A stretch of 64,000 bases of DNA from Patescibacteria group bacterium (GTDB lineage Bacteria > Patescibacteriota > Saccharimonadia > CAILAD01 > JADZBC01): the NCBI GenBank assembly GCA_052034495.1, contig JBPOIL010000003.1, positions 18,345-82,344 of the forward strand, read 5' to 3'. Shown here one piece after another: positions 38,460-46,396 of the stretch. Under the pieces are notes generated by a model, which worked only from the letters and a program-made list of their open reading frames with translations, did no database searches and was not told the origin of the DNA. The translations under genes were made by a program, and so were the position numbers. Position 1 is the first letter of the stretch; each line of letters starts with the position of its first letter.

Positions 38460-39995
38460 CTACCAATCTAGGTCCAACTGCACTGGTTTGCCGACTATGC
38501 TGTCTTCAGTCACGAGCTTTTGCAAAAAGTTGTAAATTTCTACCATGGCCAGAGTGTCGAGCTCGCAATATTTGTCGAGCCCGGCCAAAATACTTTTCTT
38601 CTGATCTTCCCGCTTACCTTCCAGGATTGATTCCATCCACAGTCGTTGAGCTGCGCCACCCTCCTGAATATCAAGTTCCTTGTAGCTTAGGCTTGGGACT
38701 AATGCCGGCATAACCTTCTTAATACTTGCGCTCCCGCCGAATGCAGCATCGACGTACCAGCCTTTGCTAAAAGGTATCATGAGGTCCATAATGCGGCTGT
38801 TGAGCTGTTTGTAGAACTCGGCGTATTCTGGAACCAACTCGCCAAGCGTTGTGTTGCACGACTTTTCGAACGCCATATACCACGTTAACACCGACCCCTT
38901 ATCCCCTACCTGTGACTTTAGCGCGCGACTAAGTTCCTCGGCGGGGTTAGAATTTGCGGCATGCAAATAGCCACTGTGGCGTAGCTCGCCGCCTGGGTGG
39001 TCAATGACGTGCAGTGAATACTGGAATGGATACTGCGCGTACGGCCGCATGCCGTCAAAGTACGGCACCACGCTCGAGAGCGTTTCGTAGTCAAAAAAGT
39101 AGAGCGGATACACTAGGCTATTTAGGAAGTTGCTGATTTTATCCTTCTGGACAATAGGCTTACCGCTGCGCACCACCTCGAGCTGCAGCTTCTGCTTGTC
39201 GTTCTGAATGATATCGAGGGGAATGTTTTTGAGCTCAGTAATGCCTTCTTCCTCGAGTACGCCGATCAAGCTTGGATCAATGCGAGTAAGTTCGTATATG
39301 CTACCATCTTCAACTTTCGTAAGACCACGGTAGATATCCATCCATTCCTTCAGGCAGCCCAACCTGCAGCGAGCCGGCGAAGGGTCTGGCATGGTTGGCT
39401 GACTTACGACTTGCAAGGCTGATTTAATATCACGTTCTGTTTGGGCAAGACGCATCTTGACCGCGTGCGTTACGTCGGTTGTTGCCGTTAGCTTGGCTGG
39501 ATCGATCTCGCCATTTCGAACGTAGTCGGTATTAACGTGGACCACGGCTACATTCCGAACCTGCCAGCCGCATTGCTGCAAAACGTATACTTGAAATGCG
39601 AGGTCTAGTTCGTGATCTAGCTTTGCTTTGGTACTGGATTTTATTTCGGTTAGATCTACGAGCTTGTCGCCGACTACTTGCAATACGTCGCATATAAAGG
39701 TTACTTGGCCGTGTTCGAATCTGCCTTGGAAAATGGTTTTTGCACCATCGGCCAGCGCTTTCTCGGTTCGTGCGGGCAAACTTAAGTATTCTTGGTAGTC
39801 ATTAAAGCCGAGTCGAACGCCGTCCGGGAATAACTTTTCGGTATAAACCTCGAAGGCGTTCCCAGCATCAAACATGGCTTGCAGGTTATCGTCGGGCGGC
39901 GGGAGCTTGGACTTATCATGCTTTTTGAGCCACAACCAGGTGGGATGCTTCAAGAACATCATGTACTCGGACTTAGAGATAACCAACTGTGTCAT
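38460..39995 (-). CDS. DUF2779 domain protein (PD-(D/E)xK-like N-terminus, RNase H-like C-terminus)
   Basis: ISKSEY, EIKSSTK, DLAFQ, YFFDYET, PFQYSLH, SASIKKVMPAL, YCELDT. Confidence 0.82.
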   Translation of the reverse strand: MTQLVISKSEYMMFLKHPTWLWLKKHDKSKLPPPDDNLQAMFDAGNAFEVYTEKLFPDGVRLGFNDYQEYLSLPARTEKALADGAKTIFQGRFEHGQVTFICDVLQVVGDKLVDLTEIKSSTKAKLDHELDLAFQVYVLQQCGWQVRNVAVVHVNTDYVRNGEIDPAKLTATTDVTHAVKMRLAQTERDIKSALQVVSQPTMPDPSPARCRLGCLKEWMDIYRGLTKVEDGSIYELTRIDPSLIGVLEEEGITELKNIPLDIIQNDKQKLQLEVVRSGKPIVQKDKISNFLNSLVYPLYFFDYETLSSVVPYFDGMRPYAQYPFQYSLHVIDHPGGELRHSGYLHAANSNPAEELSRALKSQVGDKGSVLTWYMAFEKSCNTTLGELVPEYAEFYKQLNSRIMDLMIPFSKGWYVDAAFGGSASIKKVMPALVPSLSYKELDIQEGGAAQRLWMESILEGKREDQKKSILAGLDKYCELDTLAMVEIYNFLQKLVTEDSIVGKPVQLDLDW

Positions 39996-40107
39996 TAGCT
40001 GTATTATACCCTACTAGCGCAATCAGGGCTTGACCGCTATGGATATGGGCGTATACTAAATCCAACCCTGCTATTCGATGCAGGCTACCATGGAGGTGGC
40101 TTAGGCC

Positions 40108-40524
40108 ATGACCATCACCGAACCGGACGTCGCAACCGCGGCGACCATGCCCACCCCGTACCCCGACACCATCAGCCCCCGACCCACCATCGACCAGATC
40201 CGCAGCGCGATCATGAAGCAGACCGGCTGCAGCAAGCGTCGGGCTCGTCGCTTCATCGCCTTCCTGCGCGACCAGATCTCCTGCGCACGCAGCGAGGATG
40301 GCTACGGGCCGGTCCACCTCACGCAGGAGGAGATCGACGAGTTCCACCCGATGCTCGAGCTGGTCATGCCCGACGACACGGCGTCCACGCCGGGTTCCGC
40401 TCACGACCTGATCGAGCGCGGCCTGCTCAGCGCTCACCGCGGCGAGCTGTCCATCACCCACACCAAGGGCGGGCCGACGGCCGAGGACTGCGTCACCGTC
40501 GTCGAGGTCCACAAGGTCGGCTGA
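40108..40524 (+). CDS. Orphan protein, GC-rich cassette
   Basis: TTGACC-N16-TATACT at 40030-40057; SD GGAGGT; terminator 40558-40596 ending TTCGTTT. Confidence 0.7.
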   Translation: MTITEPDVATAATMPTPYPDTISPRPTIDQIRSAIMKQTGCSKRRARRFIAFLRDQISCARSEDGYGPVHLTQEEIDEFHPMLELVMPDDTASTPGSAHDLIERGLLSAHRGELSITHTKGGPTAEDCVTVVEVHKVG

Positions 40525-40612
40525 TCGAAGTCGGCTGGGCTCTACCACGAGCCTCGATGAGAGCCCCAATGCTCTTGTCGGGGCTCTCATTCGTTTCTGC
40601 TATAATTACTCT

Positions 40613-40999
40613 ATGAATAACCCAAAACCACTCGAAGGAACAAAACTAAAAGACTTTAAGCCGATTGATAAAGTCGAGGAACTCGAAAGCATCGACATCA
40701 AAGTCGGTGATGGAGCCGAAGTACCAAAGGGCGCAACAATTACTGCCCACTACACTGGAGCCCTGGCCAAAGACGGTACAATCTTCCAGAGCTCACACGA
40801 CTTTGGTAATCCTGCTACATTTGGCCTAAACCAAGTTATTAAAGGCTGGACCGATGGCGTTCCTGGCATGAAGGTTGGTGGCACACGTAGGCTCATAATC
40901 CCAGCCGCACAAGCCTACGGAGCAAGCTCACCAAGTCATAATATTCCACCGAACTCCGACCTAGTCTTCGACATCGAGCTCGTTGCAATAAAGAGCTAA
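40613..40999 (+). CDS. FKBP-type peptidyl-prolyl isomerase
   Basis: HYTG, VIKGWTDGVPGMKVGGTRRLIIP, AYG, IPPNSDLVFDIEL. Confidence 0.95.
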   Translation: MNNPKPLEGTKLKDFKPIDKVEELESIDIKVGDGAEVPKGATITAHYTGALAKDGTIFQSSHDFGNPATFGLNQVIKGWTDGVPGMKVGGTRRLIIPAAQAYGASSPSHNIPPNSDLVFDIELVAIKS

Positions 41000-41081
41000 A
41001 TTCTCCAACGAACCACTAAGCTCCGTTCGGGGCTCTTTTCGTGAACTCGATTTTATCTACCATAAGCGTTATACTTACATC

Positions 41082-41576
41082 ATGAAACGGCGCAAAAGCA
41101 GCGGGCGGCGCAGCCTCCAGCCGACGACATTTAGCTACCTGCTTATTGGTTTGCAGATTATGTTGATGATCGCGGTTTTATACTTCCCGGGCCGACGTGA
41201 GGGCGGCGCACATATTCTGCTTGCAAACATGATGCGTGTAGTCGGCGTGGGCATGGTGCTCTTGGCCCTTTGGCAGTTGCGCAAGTTCTCGCTTACCGCC
41301 CTGCCAGAACCGGTTAAGAATGCCAAGCTGCTGACGCGCGGGCTGTACACGCGCATGCGCCACCCAGTATATAGTGGCATTATGCTTTGGGGTCTCGGTA
41401 CGTTAATTATCCGCCCAAGTATCGCTCGCTTTGGCCTATATGCTGCTTTGGTACTACTGTTTTGGTATAAATCAGGGCGTGAAGAGCGCATGCTCGAGGC
41501 AACGTTTGGATCCCGCTACGCACGGTATAAGCTTAATACACCGCGCTTTATTCCGCGTAGAAATACTAAAAACTAA
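41082..41576 (+). CDS. ICMT/PEMT-family membrane methyltransferase
   Basis: GLYTRMRHPVYSG, EERML, FG..YARY..TPRF. Confidence 0.88.
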   Translation: MKRRKSSGRRSLQPTTFSYLLIGLQIMLMIAVLYFPGRREGGAHILLANMMRVVGVGMVLLALWQLRKFSLTALPEPVKNAKLLTRGLYTRMRHPVYSGIMLWGLGTLIIRPSIARFGLYAALVLLFWYKSGREERMLEATFGSRYARYKLNTPRFIPRRNTKN

Positions 41577-41594
41577 TCTTGTTTAATTGGCGCT

Positions 41595-42071
41595 TTAGCC
41601 GATCTTGATGCCTGGCTCAGTTTGTGAGTCAGGTTTTTTCGAGTCTTTCGATGCCTTGAGCTCTAGGCCGACTTCTTGCATATCCTCCACTGCAGCTTCG
41701 TGGTATTTTTCCTGGTTGCGTCCATAATGCCTTGTGGCCTTGCTGAGCTCTCTGTTGTAGTCTTGTTGCCTTTCCGTAACCAGCTCAGCTGCAGCTCTGG
41801 CATCTTGCTCCATCCTGGGCTCTAGTTTTGCCTTTGATTCGGCCTCTGCTTTGAGCGCTATTTGCTGTTGCCGGGGGTCTTTGAAGTTGGTCATAGCTGA
41901 CTGTACTCTGGCTTCTTGGCGAGCATGGATATGGTCATGTGACTGTTCGGTTGCTACTTGCCGCGCCTGCGCCGCGTCCAACTTTGCACTTGTAAATCTG
42001 TGCATACCATAAAGCATTCTCGCTTTGCGCTGGAATCGACTTCTCCTCCACTCCTGAAATCGCTTGAACAT
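41595..42071 (-). CDS. Hypothetical coiled-coil protein
   Basis: 158-aa ORF, TATAAT and GGAGG upstream. Confidence 0.6.
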   Translation of the reverse strand: MFKRFQEWRRSRFQRKARMLYGMHRFTSAKLDAAQARQVATEQSHDHIHARQEARVQSAMTNFKDPRQQQIALKAEAESKAKLEPRMEQDARAAAELVTERQQDYNRELSKATRHYGRNQEKYHEAAVEDMQEVGLELKASKDSKKPDSQTEPGIKIG

Positions 42072-42171
42072 AGTTTGGGCCCTCCGTTTGTCGTAATTAT
42101 AGCATTAAATGAGGAAGGCCCGTTCTGCGCTGAAACAGAACGGGCCTTCGAGGTTGTACTGCTCGACTTCG

Positions 42172-42558
42172 CTACCGGGGCTCGAACATCACCCCGAGGC
42201 TCCAGTGGCAGAACCACTTGCCCATGACCAGGTCCTTGCTGTGGACGAACGGTCGATCCGCGGGAGCAAGCTGGTTGAGCGCAGCGTGTGCGGTTGCCGG
42301 CTTGGCCACAGCGCCATCGGGCATGATGCGCGTGAGCACCGGGTGGATCAGCAGCATCTGCGGGATGGTCATGCGACCATGGCAGCCGCGCTTGGTGCGA
42401 TCTTCGGCGAAGAACAGGGTCAGCCGGGCGCGAACCCAGCCGCACTGGCCGTCGCGCTTGATCAGGCTGATGATCTCGGCACGTGAGTAGGCGTGCGACT
42501 GCACGGCGCGGGTATGAGCGGCTGTGACCGCCGTTTGGCGATCCAGGATTGCGGTCAA
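42172..42558 (-). CDS. Orphan protein, GC-rich cassette
   Basis: SD AGGAGG 7 nt before TTG 42558; TTGACT-N16-TAGTAT upstream; 14-bp hairpin 42114-42149. Confidence 0.65.
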   Translation of the reverse strand: MTAILDRQTAVTAAHTRAVQSHAYSRAEIISLIKRDGQCGWVRARLTLFFAEDRTKRGCHGRMTIPQMLLIHPVLTRIMPDGAVAKPATAHAALNQLAPADRPFVHSKDLVMGKWFCHWSLGVMFEPR

Positions 42559-42637
42559 GGTGTTACCTCCTGCAAATACCAACCCCCTCTGGGTTAGTGT
42601 GTTTTATACTACTCCTATACGGCGGGCAGTCAAGGTG

Positions 42638-42943
42638 TTAGTCGCGCGAACGTGGCATGAGTGCGGAGAGTGCCCAGCCAGCCAGAACATATAGACCTAT
42701 GGCAATGGGTATAACGATATTGAAGCCACTTGGCAGGGCTTTGGGCAGGCTAATGTACTGATCGAGCCAGGAAACTGGAATGAGCAGTACGGTGCTCCAG
42801 CTGTAAATTAGGCTTGTAAGTTTGCCTTCCGGGCTACGGCCAAATAGGTCGTAAGCAAAGCGTAGGAGCAACGTGGCGACAGAGCTGGCCACAAAGATCC
42901 AGATGATGCCACCGAGTATTCCGCTATTTGATCGTCGATTCAT
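42638..42943 (-). CDS. Small membrane protein (YggT-like)
   Basis: TATACT 6 nt before ATG 42943; LLLRFAYDLFG...IYSWSTVLLIP; TM helices. Confidence 0.6.
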   Translation of the reverse strand: MNRRSNSGILGGIIWIFVASSVATLLLRFAYDLFGRSPEGKLTSLIYSWSTVLLIPVSWLDQYISLPKALPSGFNIVIPIAIGLYVLAGWALSALMPRSRD

Positions 42944-43052
42944 AGTACTAGTATAGCAGTAAATCAAAACACCCTCGCATTGGAGGATGTTTTGTAATAA
43001 TTGCTTGGGTTGTGGTGCGGTGGGGTCCGAAGACTCCACCGCACCTCGCACC

Positions 43053-43328
43053 TCAGGCCGCTCGCGACTCGTCCCATGGCATATCCATGGGTGTGTCGGG
43101 GTCGGGTTCTGGCGAGTAGTCGTGCTGTTCCTTGCCGAGCCTCCAGGAGGCCCAGCTGAAGAACGCGCAGCAGGCTGCGCAGAACACGAATGCGAGCAGG
43201 CCCGTGAGCGTGCCGACCATCGCCCCGCCGTTGCCACTGGCATCGACGGTGTTGCGGTCCTCGCTGAAGAGCAGGACGAAGGCCATGAGGCCGAAGCCAA
43301 CTGCTGCGATACGTGCTGCTTGTGCCAT
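43053..43328 (-). CDS. Two-TM orphan protein, GC-rich cassette
   Basis: SD AAGGAGGT; TTGACA-N17-TAGAAT at 43397-43425; C(UUCG)G hairpin 43014-43045. Confidence 0.7.
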   Translation of the reverse strand: MAQAARIAAVGFGLMAFVLLFSEDRNTVDASGNGGAMVGTLTGLLAFVFCAACCAFFSWASWRLGKEQHDYSPEPDPDTPMDMPWDESRAA

Positions 43329-43543
43329 GCGGCACCTCCTTGTTTGGTGCGGGTTTGGAGCCCGCGACGACTTGCCGGCGGACACCGAACTTGTATATTC
43401 TAGCATAAGCATAAGCATTTGTCAATATATCTGGCAACTGTGATGTCCTGGTTGTGCTTGTTATTCTTAGCACTGGAAGCTATAACTAAATCACAGTACG
43501 CAATCGGCGGCTGGAAGGTACCTTCGATCACATAGGAGTAGCC

Positions 43544-44233
43544 ATGGAGCTGACAAGCATGGAGAAAAGACGGCGGGCTTGGGCCGCAGAGCAGGACCCA
43601 CCACTGGTCACAGTGCAACAGGTGGCCGAGATGCTGGGTCACCAGCGCGGTACGTACGTGCGGCGGATCATGGCACATTACGAGGTCCCTCATCTGCTCT
43701 CTGACTCCAGGGACGCGGATTTCCGAGAGGGCGACGGCTACTATCCATTGCTGGAGGCTCGAGCCGCAGTGGGTAAGTACTTGGTCGATAGGCCACGTAT
43801 GCCCGGTACCCGAACCGCTGGTCCGAAGCCGGCAAGTGCGCTTACCCGCCTGGGTGGCGTGACTGTGCCGTTGTCGGCTCCGCACGGTTGGACCCTCGAT
43901 CAGCTCAAAATCTGCTGGAAGGATTCCCCAGACATGCGGGGCGTCGTTGAGCAGATCTACGAGCGTTGTCCGTCCTTTACGCAACTGACCTTCGAGGAGG
44001 CCAAGGCCTTGGTTGTGGACTTGGCGCAACCAGACATGGCCCCGCAGCTGATGCATCCGCCCTACGAGCGAAGCGACTTCATGCGGGCCGCGAGAGAGCT
44101 GACTCGCGGCAAGCCGGATGAGCTCGCGCAGCTGACGAGGGTGTTGGAGGGCAAGTTCCACCTGCGCAACTTCTGCAGGATCAACCCGGGTCCGGCCGTG
44201 GCCGTCGTCCTCGAGCTCCTGCGCAGCAAGTAG
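43544..44233 (+). CDS. Orphan protein with N-terminal excisionase-like HTH, GC-rich cassette
   Basis: LVTVQQVAEMLG; TTGTTA-N17-TATAAC; SD AGGAG; terminator 44266-44299 ending TTCGTTTTT. Confidence 0.65.
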   Translation: MELTSMEKRRRAWAAEQDPPLVTVQQVAEMLGHQRGTYVRRIMAHYEVPHLLSDSRDADFREGDGYYPLLEARAAVGKYLVDRPRMPGTRTAGPKPASALTRLGGVTVPLSAPHGWTLDQLKICWKDSPDMRGVVEQIYERCPSFTQLTFEEAKALVVDLAQPDMAPQLMHPPYERSDFMRAARELTRGKPDELAQLTRVLEGKFHLRNFCRINPGPAVAVVLELLRSK

Positions 44234-44366
44234 CGCCGACAACCGAATAAGGGAAGTTCTTCACTCCCCTGGCGAATCACCGCCAGGGGGTTCGTTTTTA
44301 CACAAACAAAAGCACCTCCCCGAAGGCAGGTGCTTTTGCACTGCCCCCGAAGAGGTGTGGTGCCGG

Positions 44367-44837
44367 CTAGGCCAGCTGACCGACGAGAACTCTCGATGGC
44401 TCTTCGTCGAAGTGGTACTTGGCATCGGCCACGATGAACCCGAGCTCTCGAGTCAGAAAGCTCCCGATCTTGTGCTGGCCCGGATTCGGGATCAGCTCTT
44501 GCTGGTATGCCTCGTCCATGGTGGCCAAGAACGCTTCTCGCAGCAAGTTCCTCATGTTCGGCTGCATGCCGTCCACGAAGAACCGAGCCGCTGCATGTGG
44601 TGCCAGTTCAGGACTGCTCGCGTCGATCCGGCCAAGGATCTTCAGCAGGATGTCGATGACACCCGATGTGTAGCTCTCCCAGGTCTTCTCGCGGAAGTTC
44701 TCCGTGATGATGCGGTACGCCGCCGCCTTGTTGTCCGGACTCATGCCAGACTTGATCACCCTCAGCCCAAGGGCAAGGGCGTTCCAGTCAATGGACAGTT
44801 CAGGCGCCTTTGCGGGCGCCATGGTTGCTGTGGTCAC
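44367..44837 (-). CDS. Orphan protein, GC-rich cassette
   Basis: RBS GAAAGGA before GTG 44837; TTGTAA-N17-TATAAT upstream; terminator 44308-44337. Confidence 0.65.
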   Translation of the reverse strand: MTTATMAPAKAPELSIDWNALALGLRVIKSGMSPDNKAAAYRIITENFREKTWESYTSGVIDILLKILGRIDASSPELAPHAAARFFVDGMQPNMRNLLREAFLATMDEAYQQELIPNPGQHKIGSFLTRELGFIVADAKYHFDEEPSRVLVGQLA

Positions 44838-44986
44838 AATGATCCTTTCAGGAATCATAGTCGGATTCGAACCGTATTATTATAACCTAATATTTCGACA
44901 ATTACAACTTAGTGTTGGGTTAAAACGAAAACCATCCCCCCGAAGGATGGATAATTTCCGTCCTCGGGAGGATGTTGGCCGGCCCC

Positions 44987-45369
44987 CTACACGTAGGTAC
45001 CGGAGAACTCGCCGGCGGCGTCGAGCAGCGCGGCTGCCAGGTTGCCCAACGCGAGCTTGGCGACCCACTCGTTGGCCTCACTGGTGTGGCCCAGGACCTC
45101 TCGGTCCATGACCTTCTGTAGGGCGTCGACCCCATGATGCCAGCGATGATCTCGGTCGGCATGTCGTGACCTGCCATGTCGATCTCGTAGCGCTGCAGGT
45201 CGTTCATGACGTTCGCCTCCTCCCCTTCCGGGAAGGATGCCACGAGCTCTGCCCTGACCAACAGGCCGCTGCCCTTGATCTCGAAGATCTTGATCAGCGG
45301 CTGGTGGTGCTCGCAGAAGTGCCCTTCGATGTGGACCTGGAATTCGGGTACTGCGGTTGCATCTGCCAT
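44987..45369 (-). pseudogene. Orphan cassette gene with 1-nt frameshift in a G run (or sequence error)
   Basis: SD AGGAG, TTGACA-N17-TATACT at 45413-45441; GC3-biased frame switches at 45130-45133 and ends at TAG 44987. Confidence 0.6.
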
Positions 45370-45506
45370 CTGTCTCTCCTGGATTGATTCGGGTGTGGCG
45401 AATGGGATTACAAGTATACGAGGATAATTAGAATATGTCAATACTTACAAACAGAAATTTGTAAGCGTCTAGGGGCTCCGTCTGCTAGCTGGTGTATAAT
45501 AATTCC

Positions 45507-45923
45507 ATGTTTCACTATCCCAAAACTCGCAAAGAGTATAAAAAGCACTTGCGACCCGCGTCTTGCCCATTCTGCAATGTAGAAGAACTCAAGCAGCGCA
45601 AGTTTATTGAGACCGAGCACGCCTATATCGTCCCGAATAAAACCTCATACGACTTATGGGAGGCTCGTGATGTTAGGGACCACCTGCTGGTACTTCCTAA
45701 AAGGCATGTACTTAAGCTTTCAGAGTTAACTGCCGAAGAGGCTGCAGACTTGATGAAGATTTTCGCTGAATACGAGGCGAAGGGCTACAACGTCTACGCT
45801 CGTGGCGTGAACAGCACCATGCGTTCCGTGCCCCATCAACATACTCATCTAATTAAGACGAGCCCTAAAGAGCATCATGGTACGGTGTTTATACGCAAGC
45901 CATACATGTTCTTCAAGTTTTAA
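45507..45923 (+). CDS. HIT-family protein
   Basis: CPFC, HLLVLPKRHV, SVPHQHTHLI. Confidence 0.85.
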   Translation: MFHYPKTRKEYKKHLRPASCPFCNVEELKQRKFIETEHAYIVPNKTSYDLWEARDVRDHLLVLPKRHVLKLSELTAEEAADLMKIFAEYEAKGYNVYARGVNSTMRSVPHQHTHLIKTSPKEHHGTVFIRKPYMFFKF

Positions 45924-46111
45924 CACAGAAGGCTCCACTCAGATTTAAAATAATTGCTGGTGATCCCGACGGGATTACTATGAGTATAACTTTCTCAGGT
46001 ACTCGAAATTCATTCCTGCGCGCCTTCGTAGTTATCGTCCCCACTTCGTAGGCCAGTGTCGTTGTCGCGTCAGCCATGAAAAAAGCCCCAGGCAAGCTGA
46101 GGCGCTTTTCA

Positions 46112-46187
46112 TGGTGATCCCGGTGGGATTCGAACCCACGATCTTCTGGATGAGAACCAGATATCCTAACCACTAGACGACGGGACC
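46112..46187 (-). tRNA. tRNA-Glu (CTC)
   Basis: GGTCCCG...TCTGG-TTCTCAT-CCAGA...GGTTCGAATCC...CCA, 76 nt. Confidence 0.95.
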
Positions 46188-46330
46188 TCGTCACAAAAAT
46201 AACCCGATAATCTTAGCATTTTTCCATATAAACTTCAATTCTGGCTTGACGTACCGCCTACCAATTTCGTATTATGTTCGTAAGTAATGTGTGTGCAAAG
46301 AAAATCTACAGAAAAACACGTGTGGTGGTG

Positions 46331-46360
46331 TTGACGACAGCTTAACCACTATATATAGTG
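46331..46360 (+). promoter_or_regulatory. nrdAB promoter with overlapping NrdR box
   Basis: TTGACG-N17-TATAGT; ACCACTATATATAGTG (46345-46360) matches the NrdR consensus acaCwAtATaTwGtg. Confidence 0.75.
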
Positions 46361-46396
46361 TTTATCATAACAATACAAACACTAAGGAGGGTGAGG

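Noticed and set aside
38460-39995. Cas4-like nuclease suggesting CRISPR
   Set aside because: No repeat-spacer array or other cas genes; fits stand-alone DUF2779
6191-45427. Long antisense or alternate-frame ORFs over GC-rich cassettes (e.g. 6234-6824, 32345-33070, 39973-40590, 43400-44242, 44355-44885)
   Set aside because: Shadow ORFs expected from high GC3; promoter, SD and terminator all support the opposite frame
31479-45441. Integron cassette array or prophage explanation
   Set aside because: No integrase or phage structural genes, no consistent RYYYAAC...GTTRRRY attC pattern, mixed orientations, interleaved with core genes, and cassettes have their own promoters
45913-46194. ORFs over tRNA-Glu (and 62874-63136 over tRNA-Leu)
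   Set aside because: Spurious translations of tRNA genes
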